A stretch of DNA of 64,000 nt from a virus. A program made the translations under genes and the position numbers. Below the pieces are notes generated by a model. It was not told the origin of the DNA, did no database searches, and saw nothing but the letters and a program-made list of their open reading frames with translations. Location of the stretch: positions 16,695-80,694 of the IMG/VR virus record IMGVR_UViG_3300036715_001783. One strand, 5' to 3'. Shown piece by piece: positions 28,066-38,367 of this stretch (its first letter is position 1; the number at the start of each line of letters is the position of its first letter).

Positions 28066-30192
28066 ATGACAGAAGTTACAAGTCCAAAAACCCACTATTT
28101 ACGGACGGGGAACAGTATTAGAGTGGTAAGTGCTGCAAATATCAACATTTGTGATGGGTTACCTCCTGGTAATTATATTGTACAGTTTGACCAACAATCT
28201 GGTGAATATTTTTTGGAAACAGTTGATAACTTTACTATTCCAACAAAATTGTACGGTAATGTATTTGACCAAGCAGAGCGTATTATCTCTACGTTTATGG
28301 ATCGGCCTAATACAACTGGAGTATTGTTAACTGGTGAGAAAGGTAGTGGTAAAGCACTTCGTGTTGACCAATCTGTGTATACTCCAATGGGAGAACGTAA
28401 AATTGGTGAGTTGGTTGTAGGTGATATGATTTATGGTGCAGATGGTAAATTAACAACTGTATTGGGAGTATACCCACAAGGTGTGCGAGATATGTTTGAA
28501 GTTACATTTAACGATGGTAGCCAAGTTATTGCAGATGGTGAACATTTATGGGATGTAAAACAAACAACTCGTAGCCAAGTCGGATTTCCAAAACAATCCA
28601 CCAAAAATCGAATTAAATCAACTATCCCAAAAATTCTTACAACAGCACAAATTAAACAGGCACTAAACGCAGGGGTTAAACATGTGGTGCCTTTATGTGG
28701 CCCTGTAGAATTTCCAAAAAGTGATGTTGATGCTGATAGATATACAATTGGGTTGTTGATAGGGGATGGTTGTTTGTGTAATCCAACATTAACAATTAGC
28801 TCAAATGATCCAGCTATCGTAGAACACTTACAGATAGACAATATAATTAAATATACAAGTGGTGTTGATTATAGATTTGTTGACTGTAAACATTTAGTGG
28901 ACCAACTAACTTTGTTGGGGTTAAGAGGTACAAGAAGTAATACTAAGTTTATCCCCGAAAAATTAAAGTACGATTCGGTGGAAAACCGTTTTGCATTATT
29001 ACAAGGGCTAATGGACTCTGATGGAACAGTTAGTAAAAGAGGGGGCATTACATACACCACCGTTAGTAATATCTTAGCAAATGACATGGTGTGGTTGGCA
29101 AGATCTCTCGGATTCAGAAGTTCAATCCAACACACTCGTGCACCTTCATATACACACAATGGAATTAAAAAAATTGGACAATTAGCATATACAGTCCAAT
29201 TAACTGGAGAGCATACTGATAAGGTCTTTCGTTTAGAAAGAAAACAGGCAAGAGTTAAACCATGCTCATCAAATACTAAAACTATTGTGGATATTAAATC
29301 AGTTGCTCCCGATGAAGCTGTATGTATTTTGGTAGACAATGAATCTCATTTGTTTGTAACAAACGATTTTACAGTAACTCACAACACAATGCTCACAAAA
29401 GTCATCAGTACAACATTAGCTGCCAAAGGAATTTCAACAGTCGTTATTAACGAGTGTATGTATGGAGACTTATTCAACAAATTTATTCAGATGATTGATT
29501 CTGAATGTGTAGTGTTATTTGATGAGTTCGAAAAAGTATATCCAACAGATGTCCAAGAAAAAATGCTGACATTGTTGGATGGGGTATTTCCATCAAAGAA
29601 ATTATTCTTATTCACTAGCAATTCATCTAGCCGGATTAATTCACACCTGATGAACCGTCCTGGTCGTATTTTTTATGTGTTGAAATATGCTGGCCTAGAC
29701 AGTGAGTATATTACTCAATACTGTAATGATGTGCTTGTCGATAAGTCTTATATTGATGAAATTTGTCGATTGTCACTATTGTTCTCTGCATTTAACTTTG
29801 ATATGCTTAAAGCATTAGTTGAAGATATGAACAGATATAACGAATCTCCAACTCAAGTTATGAAGCTGTTGAATGCCATTCCAGAAGATACTGGAAACAA
29901 TAGTTTTGATGTTGAATTGTCGTACAAAGGTGAATGGTTTAACAAAGGTCAGTTGGATGATCATGGCGCTTGGAGTGGCAATCCACTGGATCCACGAGGG
30001 GTTGGTATTGAATACCGCAATCCAAACCCAAACGAAGATAATGATTCCAATTATTGGTTAACAGTTCTCCTGTTTAGTGAGAACCTCACCAGAGTGGACA
30101 TCGAAACTGGTACGTTTGAATATGCAAAAGATGATTTTGTACTTCGACTGAAACGAAGCAAAACATTGTCGTACCAATACTCTGCTTTCTAA
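28066..30192 (+). CDS. AAA ATPase containing an intein
   Basis: GEKGSGK|T Walker A split by intein; VLFDEFEK Walker B; NRPGR. Confidence 0.88.
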   Translation: MTEVTSPKTHYLRTGNSIRVVSAANINICDGLPPGNYIVQFDQQSGEYFLETVDNFTIPTKLYGNVFDQAERIISTFMDRPNTTGVLLTGEKGSGKALRVDQSVYTPMGERKIGELVVGDMIYGADGKLTTVLGVYPQGVRDMFEVTFNDGSQVIADGEHLWDVKQTTRSQVGFPKQSTKNRIKSTIPKILTTAQIKQALNAGVKHVVPLCGPVEFPKSDVDADRYTIGLLIGDGCLCNPTLTISSNDPAIVEHLQIDNIIKYTSGVDYRFVDCKHLVDQLTLLGLRGTRSNTKFIPEKLKYDSVENRFALLQGLMDSDGTVSKRGGITYTTVSNILANDMVWLARSLGFRSSIQHTRAPSYTHNGIKKIGQLAYTVQLTGEHTDKVFRLERKQARVKPCSSNTKTIVDIKSVAPDEAVCILVDNESHLFVTNDFTVTHNTMLTKVISTTLAAKGISTVVINECMYGDLFNKFIQMIDSECVVLFDEFEKVYPTDVQEKMLTLLDGVFPSKKLFLFTSNSSSRINSHLMNRPGRIFYVLKYAGLDSEYITQYCNDVLVDKSYIDEICRLSLLFSAFNFDMLKALVEDMNRYNESPTQVMKLLNAIPEDTGNNSFDVELSYKGEWFNKGQLDDHGAWSGNPLDPRGVGIEYRNPNPNEDNDSNYWLTVLLFSENLTRVDIETGTFEYAKDDFVLRLKRSKTLSYQYSAF
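28354..29385 (+). mobile_element. class 3 intein with LAGLIDADG endonuclease (344 aa)
   Basis: Starts with Ala, ends THN|T; HLW, AVCI, VTHN (WCT); GLLIGDG and GLMDSDG. Confidence 0.85.
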
Positions 30193-30205
30193 GTAAGGGT
30201 TAGTT

Positions 30206-30231
30206 AAAGCGGTGAGCATGCTCACCGCTTT
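30206..30231 (+). terminator. intrinsic terminator
   Basis: AAAGCGGTGAGCATGCTCACCGCTTT palindrome. Confidence 0.7.
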
Positions 30232-30255
30232 CCTTTTATAACAATTCGGAAAACT

Positions 30256-30708
30256 ATGAAAAAATTAATGTGCTGTGTTTTATTGTGTATTTCCACCTCA
30301 GTAGCAGCATTTGATCAAGAATTAAATTCTGTTGCAGAACAAAATATTAAAACATTCAAGATGTCCCAGTCAGAACCTGGAGACATTCAATGTGGAGTTC
30401 AAAAATTACCAATACACCAATTAAACAATACAATTGGTATTCAAGTATTCACATTAACTGAATGTGGTGGTGGCAACCATGCTGAGCAATATGTTATGGT
30501 TTTGACAAAACACACAATGTGGAAAACAGCTATCATTTCTCTAGTTGGGAATGATATGGGATTTACGGCAGACTTCATCCGAACCAACTCATCCAATATA
30601 TTTACATTATATGGTTCAGTGCTCATGGAAAATGATGCACATTGTTGCCCTTCTGGAAAAACGCATCATACATACCAATGGAAGAACAATAAGTTGTATA
30701 CAAAATAG
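30256..30708 (+). CDS. secreted protein, LppP/LprE-like
   Basis: Signal peptide; GGN; D.HCCPS motif. Confidence 0.55.
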   Translation: MKKLMCCVLLCISTSVAAFDQELNSVAEQNIKTFKMSQSEPGDIQCGVQKLPIHQLNNTIGIQVFTLTECGGGNHAEQYVMVLTKHTMWKTAIISLVGNDMGFTADFIRTNSSNIFTLYGSVLMENDAHCCPSGKTHHTYQWKNNKLYTK

Positions 30709-30711
30709 CCT

Positions 30712-31041
30712 TTAACTTTCTTTGTAATATTCAGCAATTAACTGTAAGTCACTTTCAGATGCGTTATTTTTCAGTCTATTTGCTTTCCAACTAATCACAC
30801 AAATATTATCTTTTGAGTATCCAAGAGATGAATCTTTCCTATCAATGCTGTATGAGTTATCCATAGCCTTTCCTCTATTAAACTTTAATGGTATATTAAG
30901 GATGGGGCAAGTAATAGGATAGCTTAACTCGTACAAATCTGTAACTTCCAAATCAAAAGATATGTTTCTTTTCTTCGCACTCATTTTCAATCTGTTATAT
31001 ATCAACTTAATGTCTGGTAAATAATCCATTAACAACTCCAT
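30712..31041 (-). CDS. small His-Me-finger-type endonuclease
   Basis: CP.L, SIDR.DS..GY..DN..VIS..AN..K. Confidence 0.7.
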   Translation of the reverse strand: MELLMDYLPDIKLIYNRLKMSAKKRNISFDLEVTDLYELSYPITCPILNIPLKFNRGKAMDNSYSIDRKDSSLGYSKDNICVISWKANRLKNNASESDLQLIAEYYKES

Positions 31042-31086
31042 TGTTTGTATAAATATTTAGTAAGATACATTAAGGGAGAATTTCAA

Positions 31087-31722
31087 ATGAACTATCTACA
31101 AACATATCAACAAGCTCACGGATTAACACCAGATGGAGTTATTGGTAAACAAACAGCAAAAGTTATGATGGAAGACCTTGGCATTACGTCTATAGTGGAG
31201 TTCTGTCATTTTATAGCTCAAGTCGAACATGAATCTGGACACTTCACAGCAGGTAGAGAAAATTTAAACTACAGTGCAAATGGATTGGTTGCCACATTTG
31301 GAAAATATTTTAGTCCTGGTGAGGTTGCTAGTTATGCAAGACACCCAGAAAAGATTGCCAACCGAGTGTATGCAAATCGTATGGGCAATGGTGATGAGGC
31401 ATCAGGGGATGGTTGGAGAAATAGGGGAGTTGGTGCACTACAGTTAACTGGTGCTGATAATATCCAACAATTTCTTAAATCAGAAAACTTACCATTGGAT
31501 ACCAATCCAGAAGTGTTGATTCAACCAGATTTTTATTTTAAAACAGCAAAGTATTTCTTTGATGTTAATCAGGTGTGGAAAAACTGTCAAGGTGGTGCAG
31601 ACCTTAACATTATTAAAGTGTCTAAACATATTAATTTGGGTAATGCTGATAGTATCCGTAAGCCAAATGGGCTAGCTGAACGAATTACACTCACCAAAAA
31701 ATACTTACATGCATTAACATAA
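31087..31722 (+). CDS. endolysin, PG-binding + glycoside hydrolase 19
   Basis: Q..HGL.PDG.IG..T; F.AQ..HES, ENLNYS, IANRVYA.RMGNG, RG.G..QLTG. Confidence 0.9.
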   Translation: MNYLQTYQQAHGLTPDGVIGKQTAKVMMEDLGITSIVEFCHFIAQVEHESGHFTAGRENLNYSANGLVATFGKYFSPGEVASYARHPEKIANRVYANRMGNGDEASGDGWRNRGVGALQLTGADNIQQFLKSENLPLDTNPEVLIQPDFYFKTAKYFFDVNQVWKNCQGGADLNIIKVSKHINLGNADSIRKPNGLAERITLTKKYLHALT

Positions 31723-31724
31723 TT

Positions 31725-32270
31725 ATGAAACTATCTGATTTGGGAGTACCTCCTTTACTTGAAATAATTCAAGGAGGTAGTCAACCATTGGGGTTGATAA
31801 ATTCTATGATACTTAAACAATTAACAAATACTGGGCAAACTATTGAAGGGTTAGAGTTGTATGCTGCTTCTTTTAACCAAGATGATATTATTTTTGCTCT
31901 TAAACAGAATAATAAATTTGTTACTTTATTGATTGGTGAATTTATTTCAGATTTCCCAGGTACTAAGAAAACAATAGTTATCCATAGAACATACACTACA
32001 AAATTATTAAGAGGTAAAGGGTACTCTCCTGCACTGATGTATGGATTATCCCAATTGGGGTATAGGCTAATATCCGATGGTCAATTATCATCGGATGCTA
32101 TGAAGGTGTGGAGTAAGTTAAAAGACAAAAAACCGGTAACAGCATTTGATACAGACACTCAACAATTTACTACACTTGACCCCCAACAATACCCATCTGT
32201 TCGATATGTATTAGAAGCTACTTATATTAACAAGAATTTGCTATTACTAGATTCAAACCATTTTACATAA
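31725..32270 (+). CDS. GNAT-like protein
   Basis: RGKGY acetyl-CoA-like motif; SD..LS......W. Confidence 0.5.
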   Translation: MKLSDLGVPPLLEIIQGGSQPLGLINSMILKQLTNTGQTIEGLELYAASFNQDDIIFALKQNNKFVTLLIGEFISDFPGTKKTIVIHRTYTTKLLRGKGYSPALMYGLSQLGYRLISDGQLSSDAMKVWSKLKDKKPVTAFDTDTQQFTTLDPQQYPSVRYVLEATYINKNLLLLDSNHFT

Positions 32271-32427
32271 ACAATTGATTTGTTGACAACGATCGTGTAT
32301 AATATCTTTTTATAAACAACATAGGGGATATTATACAAGGAGTTACATTTATTTGGTGCAGAAATACTGGTGTAACAATAAGTATTATTGTTAGATGTAA
32401 AATAAATCAACGTTAAGGAATAACATT

Positions 32428-33162
32428 ATGAGCAGAGTTAAAGTTAAACGTAAATCCGAGATTAGAAGATACACCAACACCCAAGAGACAGAAACAACTT
32501 ATGATGACCACCAACCACATAGTTATCATGAAAAAGTAAGTTTTGAACCTGTCAAACCAATGAATAAATCACAGGAACGATACATCAATGCTATCAATGG
32601 AAATATTATTACATTTGGAGTTGGTTGTGCTGGTACTGGTAAAAGTTTTGTTGCAGCAGGAGTTGCAGCAGATATGCTCAGAGAATGTCACATTGATAAA
32701 ATCATCATCACCCGTCCAGTATGTGAAACTGGTAGAAATCTAGGTGCCCTTCCTGGTGAATTAAATGAAAAATATGCTCCTTACATTGAACCTTTAATGG
32801 ACGCCCTTAATAAACAATTAGGAGCTAGTTGGGTTCGCAATCTAGTTAAAAATAACAAAATTATTGCAGCTCCAATGGAGTTTATGCGGGGCAAAACGTT
32901 TGATAATTGTGTTGTCATTATTGATGAAAGTCAGAATACCACACCAGAGCAAATGAAAATGATGCTCACCCGTATAGGCAAAAATTGTAAAATGGTAATC
33001 ACTGGTGATACAAAACAAAGTGATTTAAAGCAACACAATGGATTAACTTATGCTGTTAGTAGAATAGGACGAGTTGATGGAGTTAGTGTTGTGGAATTTG
33101 GTCTCAATGATATTGTTAGACATGGTATTGTTAGAGATGTCCTTATAGCTTGGGAGGACTAA
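32428..33162 (+). CDS. phoH: PhoH family protein
   Basis: GCAGTGKS, ITRP, G.LPG...EK, FMRGKTF, DESQN, TRIG, GD..QSD. Confidence 0.95.
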   Translation: MSRVKVKRKSEIRRYTNTQETETTYDDHQPHSYHEKVSFEPVKPMNKSQERYINAINGNIITFGVGCAGTGKSFVAAGVAADMLRECHIDKIIITRPVCETGRNLGALPGELNEKYAPYIEPLMDALNKQLGASWVRNLVKNNKIIAAPMEFMRGKTFDNCVVIIDESQNTTPEQMKMMLTRIGKNCKMVITGDTKQSDLKQHNGLTYAVSRIGRVDGVSVVEFGLNDIVRHGIVRDVLIAWED

Positions 33163-33504
33163 TCCCATTGACTTTTAATATATAATCCCATATAATCCTC
33201 TTTTAATATATCTAAAGGGGATTATTATGAACGGCATTGAAATAGATAGTACAGTAACAGCACTTGTTGATTTTGGCGAAGTTAAAGCAGGTGATGTTGG
33301 AGCAGTCGAAGATATTCAACCCAACCCCACACCTGACAAGTGAGTATAAAATCAATGAAGATAAATCCAATTTTGATGTTGATTATACTCGTGATAGCTG
33401 CGGTAGCGACTGGCAAAAAGATAATCAACAATACTAATGCTAAATCTATTTGGCAAGATATTATCATTGTTATCACAAACGAATAACTTATTAAGGAGTT
33501 CAAA

Positions 33505-33739
33505 TATGTCTGACAATAAACATTATAAAATTAACTTGTGGAAGGTATTAGCTGTTGTGGTATTGTTAGCTGTTATTGACTTGTTAATTTCAAATTACAC
33601 ATCATACCAATCAAAAATTGATTGGTATGATGTGTGGTATTCCATCACAAATTTCATATACGATGACAGTGTTCCTGTTGAAACTTGTATGAAAACTCAA
33701 TGTGATGACCCCAAGCTTCCTTTTTGGAGCAAATTATGA
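33505..33739 (+). CDS. small membrane protein
   Basis: AAGGAG RBS; one TM helix; start approximate. Confidence 0.55.
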
Positions 33740-33927
33740 CTGAAACAATTGATAGTAAACATAAGCAAGGCGATATCGTGTATTTTGCAACTGATAGCAC
33801 CAGAATGGTAGTGTTATTAGTTAAAAACCCTCAAGGTGATGTGTGATATATGTGTGGTTGATTATACACCCGTAACCATTATCAAATGGCTGATTTACCT
33901 GAGTGTGCATTACGGAGTAGAGCATGA
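33736..33927 (+). pseudogene. YodC/DUF2158-like gene with two in-frame TGA codons
   Basis: ATGA-coupled at both ends; GDIV...RMVV...DV*YMCG*LY. Confidence 0.6.
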
Positions 33928-34193
33928 TTACTAAAACTGATGGAACAAATCCATACGAAACTGGTGATGTAGTTCAATTAAAGTCTGGTGGTCCAGCAAT
34001 GACAGTTATCTGGCCAAGTACTGTTCGACCTTCTTTATTGGAGTGTAATTGGTATGACATTAAAGGTAGGCTGCAACATGGCTCATTTCATTTTAAAATG
34101 TTAAGAATTGTTCCCAATCAACATCTCAGTGATCGATGTCCCGACCAAACTTCTGTTGTGTTACATGGATATGCGTATCCTGTATACAAATGA
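33924..34193 (+). CDS. YodC/DUF2158 family protein
   Basis: GDVVQLKSGGPAMTV, C.W. Confidence 0.8.
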   Translation: MITKTDGTNPYETGDVVQLKSGGPAMTVIWPSTVRPSLLECNWYDIKGRLQHGSFHFKMLRIVPNQHLSDRCPDQTSVVLHGYAYPVYK

Positions 34194-34198
34194 TTTGT

Positions 34199-34264
34199 CC
34201 CCCTATTGACATTTAATTTATTTCATGTATAATAGGGTTTTTAAATTAATCAAAAGGAGATAAT
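34199..34264 (+). repeat. 66-bp direct repeat, copy 1 (promoter + RBS of cas operon)
   Basis: 65/66 identical to 42363-42428; TTGACA-16-TATAAT, AAGGAG. Confidence 0.92.
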
Positions 34265-34265
34265 T

Positions 34266-35339
34266 GTGACAAAAGAAAAGGTTCCAAAGGTAAAAACCTG
34301 GGATGAGAAGTGGGGGAATTTAACAGATGATGCTATACTGGTGTCTGGTAATAATGCTGTTCACTATTCATTCAAATATATCAATTCAAACTTACAAGGT
34401 GGAATAAGATTATCTCCATCTGATGTGATATTAGATTCACCATATGTTTCTGGTATAACTGCTATGTGTTATCAACAACTACCTGTTGAATACTTTGCGT
34501 CATCTGTTATCACAATTTATAGTTATTTAGATTACCTTAATAACTCAAATCCAAGTCACCCACACGTTTCACTATTTACAACCAACCATACAGCTAGGTA
34601 TGAATATGGTACAACTGATTTATCTGGAACAAATTGTCGAATGAGACAAGTTTTGATACCTATTGGTGATGGGTACATAAGTGCTACACCAGTTAGTCCA
34701 GCAGGATTTAATTACCTAATGAAACAATTGAATGACCAAATTGAACCCAAAGAACGGTTAACTACTTATTTCATCACGTATGGTGGTGCAAATGGACGGA
34801 ATGTTGGGTGGGAAGCATGCAAAAAACATACCTATGCACTGTGTATGTCAGCTCCAACTGAGGATAGAAACATCCAACATGCGTATTCTATTTTTTACAA
34901 AGGTGTTGACTTGTCTTTGCCTAAACATATTGTACGTGAGTTATTTAATTTGCGACTACACCCCGACATGGTGGGATATACCAAAAAAGAAAATGATATA
35001 TTATCAAGTTTCATCAATGTGGTGTTGCACAAAGCTGTATTAGCTCGAGACATATTAATATCACAGAAGGATGCATTATATGATGCAGAACTATTTGAAA
35101 ATGTTACTGCACCACATAGTTATATTTTTGAATTACATGAGTCAGTAACAAACGATCTTATACAAAGTGGACTAATAAATCCAACTAAACGGAATAAGGA
35201 ATGGAAAGGGTTGTTGGCAACTAAGATTGTGAGCATGTTGGTGGATGAGAAGATCACTATTAGTGGGCAAACACGGTCATTAAATCTTGATGATGACCAA
35301 ATTGCTGAACTATCAGATAAGATGAGAAAAATGCTATGA
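34266..35339 (+). CDS. cas8f: type I-F Cas8f (Csy1), divergent
   Basis: RQVLIP..DGY...TP and YGGAN..NVG motifs; first gene of csy operon. Confidence 0.75.
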   Translation: MTKEKVPKVKTWDEKWGNLTDDAILVSGNNAVHYSFKYINSNLQGGIRLSPSDVILDSPYVSGITAMCYQQLPVEYFASSVITIYSYLDYLNNSNPSHPHVSLFTTNHTARYEYGTTDLSGTNCRMRQVLIPIGDGYISATPVSPAGFNYLMKQLNDQIEPKERLTTYFITYGGANGRNVGWEACKKHTYALCMSAPTEDRNIQHAYSIFYKGVDLSLPKHIVRELFNLRLHPDMVGYTKKENDILSSFINVVLHKAVLARDILISQKDALYDAELFENVTAPHSYIFELHESVTNDLIQSGLINPTKRNKEWKGLLATKIVSMLVDEKITISGQTRSLNLDDDQIAELSDKMRKML

Positions 35340-36139
35340 ACAATATATTAATAATTCCAAGAATTGAAGTGGTCAAATATAATGTATTGGCTTCTCAGTG
35401 GTTAATTTCACCAACCCCTGTACATGCCATAAACATGTTTGTCCACAATTTACAACTTAAAACTGGTATTGTATGCTCACGGGTATCCATTGTGCACCAT
35501 GATTTTTCATACAAGGCTGCTATTGGGAAATATAATGCACCCGCATTTGAAAAGCCAAAGGGAGCATCGTTTATTGATAAGTTAGATTATCCAAGTGACG
35601 GAAAGCCATTAATAGGGCCAAAATCACTATCATTTCAACCTAATTTTTATGGAGACATGACTATTAGTTTGATTATCGAAATTGACGATAGTGATAAGCA
35701 CACAGACGTGGAAGATTTTCTACATACAGCAAAAATTGCTGGTGGGGATATTATATCACACAAACCAATAAAGGTGTGTAATATCGCTGATGTATTTAAC
35801 CACATCAAAACTGGTTTCTTCGTCGAAGATTATAGCCACCTAATTGACCCTTCAAAAAATCAATTAGAACAATTGGTTACAACAATATCTAATAGCAAAG
35901 ATTGGATAAGTGCTGCCACATTGGGGTATGCTAAACTAACACAAGAGATTCACAAGCCAGGAGTACGAAATGGTGTTAAACATTGTTTCGTAGAGCCTTT
36001 AGTGGGGCTAATAAAATATATTCCAATTCACAACACCAAGGATGTTTCTGATATTCGATTTTGGAATTATGAGTGGAACACCCCATCAACTTTTATATGC
36101 AAACAAGAAGCCCTAATTTTAAATTCAGAGGAGAATTAA
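35336..36139 (+). CDS. cas5f: type I-F Cas5f (Csy2)
   Basis: IPRIEV...N, F.H.L, SL.IE, KIAGG.I, GY, H.FVEPL.G. Confidence 0.85.
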   Translation: MNNILIIPRIEVVKYNVLASQWLISPTPVHAINMFVHNLQLKTGIVCSRVSIVHHDFSYKAAIGKYNAPAFEKPKGASFIDKLDYPSDGKPLIGPKSLSFQPNFYGDMTISLIIEIDDSDKHTDVEDFLHTAKIAGGDIISHKPIKVCNIADVFNHIKTGFFVEDYSHLIDPSKNQLEQLVTTISNSKDWISAATLGYAKLTQEIHKPGVRNGVKHCFVEPLVGLIKYIPIHNTKDVSDIRFWNYEWNTPSTFICKQEALILNSEEN

Positions 36140-36140
36140 T

Positions 36141-37196
36141 ATGTCAAAACAAGTTTTTAAAAAGACCCCAAGTGTGTTAGCATTTCAACGGGCTGTATTA
36201 GCAACCGATGCTTTAATTTACAGTGTGTTGGATACCGGTATTGAGTTACCAGTACAAGTGACAGAAGTTGGAATCAGAGGTACTCAAAATATTAATGGTT
36301 CAATAAAAGAAGAAGTGCGAAATCTTCAATTGGTGGACGCTGCTAAAACTGCACCAAATACAAAGTTTGTTAAATTTGTATTTGGTATTAAGTTTATTGA
36401 TATAAGAAAATCATTACACTCCATCGCAAGTGGTAAAGAGGATAGCAAACAAGACGTAAGTGATTTCAAACAAAGTTTAGATGAATTTTTGAACAGAGTA
36501 ACTGGTCAAGAAGATGGAGAATTAGAAATCACTGGTAGTGATGGAATTTTAGATGTTGCAACTCGTTATGCCAGAAATATTGCAAATGCAAAGTGGTTGT
36601 GGCGTAATCGGTTATATGCTTCATCAATCACAACAACCGTTTCTGTTACTGATATCAAATCAAAACAGGCTCCTACAGTGTTTGTGTTTGATTCACTTGA
36701 GGTAGAATCTAAACATTTTGATGATTTTACTAAGGACGAAGAAGAACTTGGTAAACTAATCAACGATAGCTTATTAGGTACACGATTGTTAACCATCGAA
36801 GTATCAAGTGTTGTGGATTTTGGGGTTACAGGCGTGTTTGAAGTATTCCCATCCCAGTTATTCATTGATACTGATGCACTACCAAAAAATAAAAAAGGTA
36901 AATTTTTGTATGCAATCAAAAATAGCAATGATAGCATTGGCCAAGCAGCCATTAGAGATCAAAAAATAACCAATGCGTTGAGAACAATTGATACTTGGTA
37001 CAAAGAATTTGATCAAGTAAAAGATCCTATTCCAGTTGAACCAAATGGTGCAAGTTTAACCCATATGGTCTTTTTTAGAAAAGGTGCAGAATCGTCCTTT
37101 GATATTATTAAACGATTGAACACCATTGATGTTGATAGTGATGAAGGTAAGTTCTTTATATCCGCATTAATTCGTGGCGGCGTTTATTCATCATAA
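36141..37196 (+). CDS. cas7f: type I-F Cas7f (Csy3)
   Basis: SVLAFQR, RGT, N.Q.VD.A, RYA.NIAN..WLWRN, V.PSQ, QKI.NALRTIDTWY, LIRGGV. Confidence 0.95.
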   Translation: MSKQVFKKTPSVLAFQRAVLATDALIYSVLDTGIELPVQVTEVGIRGTQNINGSIKEEVRNLQLVDAAKTAPNTKFVKFVFGIKFIDIRKSLHSIASGKEDSKQDVSDFKQSLDEFLNRVTGQEDGELEITGSDGILDVATRYARNIANAKWLWRNRLYASSITTTVSVTDIKSKQAPTVFVFDSLEVESKHFDDFTKDEEELGKLINDSLLGTRLLTIEVSSVVDFGVTGVFEVFPSQLFIDTDALPKNKKGKFLYAIKNSNDSIGQAAIRDQKITNALRTIDTWYKEFDQVKDPIPVEPNGASLTHMVFFRKGAESSFDIIKRLNTIDVDSDEGKFFISALIRGGVYSS

Positions 37197-37207
37197 GGAA
37201 TAATAAC

Positions 37208-37780
37208 ATGACAATTTTGCATTATGTTGATTTAACACACTCCCGGTTCAATAATATTCCACAAGATAAGTCTAATATATTCAGACTATTGCATGGTATT
37301 TTTAAATCAGATAATCATTTATACAACGTATTCGGGTTAGCTTTTATTAAAAATGGAGTTAGAGTGTTTTGTGAAGATATTGGTGGGTTAGAAGATTTGT
37401 GGACAGAACTAAAAAATAACGATTCTGTAAAAGAATCATTTTATTTAGATAGACCAAATTCTGTTAATTTATCAAAATATATTGGCGGATGGATTTCGCA
37501 TTCAAGGTTCTCTATCCCAACAAGAAAACAAGATAGACACCCAACAGGTCCACTACGAAGAAAACGATTATTAGAAGCAGATGAAAATCCTAACATTTCA
37601 TATGTAAATGTTGGTTCAAAATCACAACAAACCCATTTCAGATATTATGTGAATCATCAATTCCATAATGATTGGAATTATGAGAGTGGTTGGGAAACTA
37701 ATGGTTATGGATTGTCATCATCTACAAGGTTGGTTGCTTTTCCATATTCAATTGGTAGAGAGTATCCGATTTATGAATGA
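37208..37780 (+). CDS. cas6f: type I-F Cas6f (Csy4)
   Basis: HYVD, LLH (catalytic His position), Arg-rich helix, S.S, YGLS. Confidence 0.82.
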   Translation: MTILHYVDLTHSRFNNIPQDKSNIFRLLHGIFKSDNHLYNVFGLAFIKNGVRVFCEDIGGLEDLWTELKNNDSVKESFYLDRPNSVNLSKYIGGWISHSRFSIPTRKQDRHPTGPLRRKRLLEADENPNISYVNVGSKSQQTHFRYYVNHQFHNDWNYESGWETNGYGLSSSTRLVAFPYSIGREYPIYE

Positions 37781-38318
37781 CCCAACATTCACAGGGATAA
37801 TGTTATCTAAGCATTAGTCATCGTGTAGATGATTTAGAAATCCCATTGATAAAGTTAGAGGACAAGTGAACAAATCTACTAATGTGAATGAATTGATGGG
37901 ACATGAAGGAGCATTTGCAAAGAAACTATTTTCACTGTTAGCAACTGGTTTCAACATAACTAATTTTTCAAGACAACGAAATGAACAAGATTCTACACAA
38001 TCTATTAATGTTATGATTAATAACTATTTAGATTATGGTAATTATTTGGCCTATGGATACGCTGCTGTAGTTCTAAATGGGTTGGGATTGAATCATGGGT
38101 TTCCGTTGTTGCACGGTACAACCAGAAGAGATGCTTTAATTTTTGATGTAGCTGATTTATTCAAAGATGGGCATATAATGCCCACTGCTTTCGAATATGC
38201 TACATCAGGAACAAAACAAACAGGACAACTATATAGACAATTAGTTACCAAACATTGCTACGATTCAGGGGTGTTAGATGACGCATTTTTATCCATGAAA
38301 TCCATCGTTTCTTTGTGA
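37773..38318 (+). pseudogene. cas1: cas1 (type I-F) with internal deletion and CRISPR repeat insert
   Basis: N-terminus MNDPTFTGIMLSK-C| then repeat; C-terminal half has EG, LDYGNYLAYG.AA, LHG.TRR.ALIFDVADL.KD. Confidence 0.85.
37813..37840 (+). CRISPR. orphan CRISPR repeat inside cas1
   Basis: Identical to array repeat ATTAGTCATCGTGTAGATGATTTAGAAA. Confidence 0.95.
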
Positions 38319-38333
38319 TTGTTACCTATGTTG

Positions 38334-38362
38334 TTGATTTTAGCAGTAAAATGTGCTAAACT
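38334..38362 (+). promoter_or_regulatory. array promoter in 49-bp leader
   Basis: TTGATT-17-TAAACT ending 5 bp before repeat 1. Confidence 0.55.
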
Positions 38363-38367
38363 ACAGC

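Noticed and set aside
37841-37872. Sequence after the orphan repeat (TCCCATTGAT...) as a promoter-targeting regulatory spacer, since CCCATTGA precedes several -35 boxes
   Set aside because: Only 8-9 nt match in AT-rich DNA, and the sequence is explained as in-frame cas1 coding sequence
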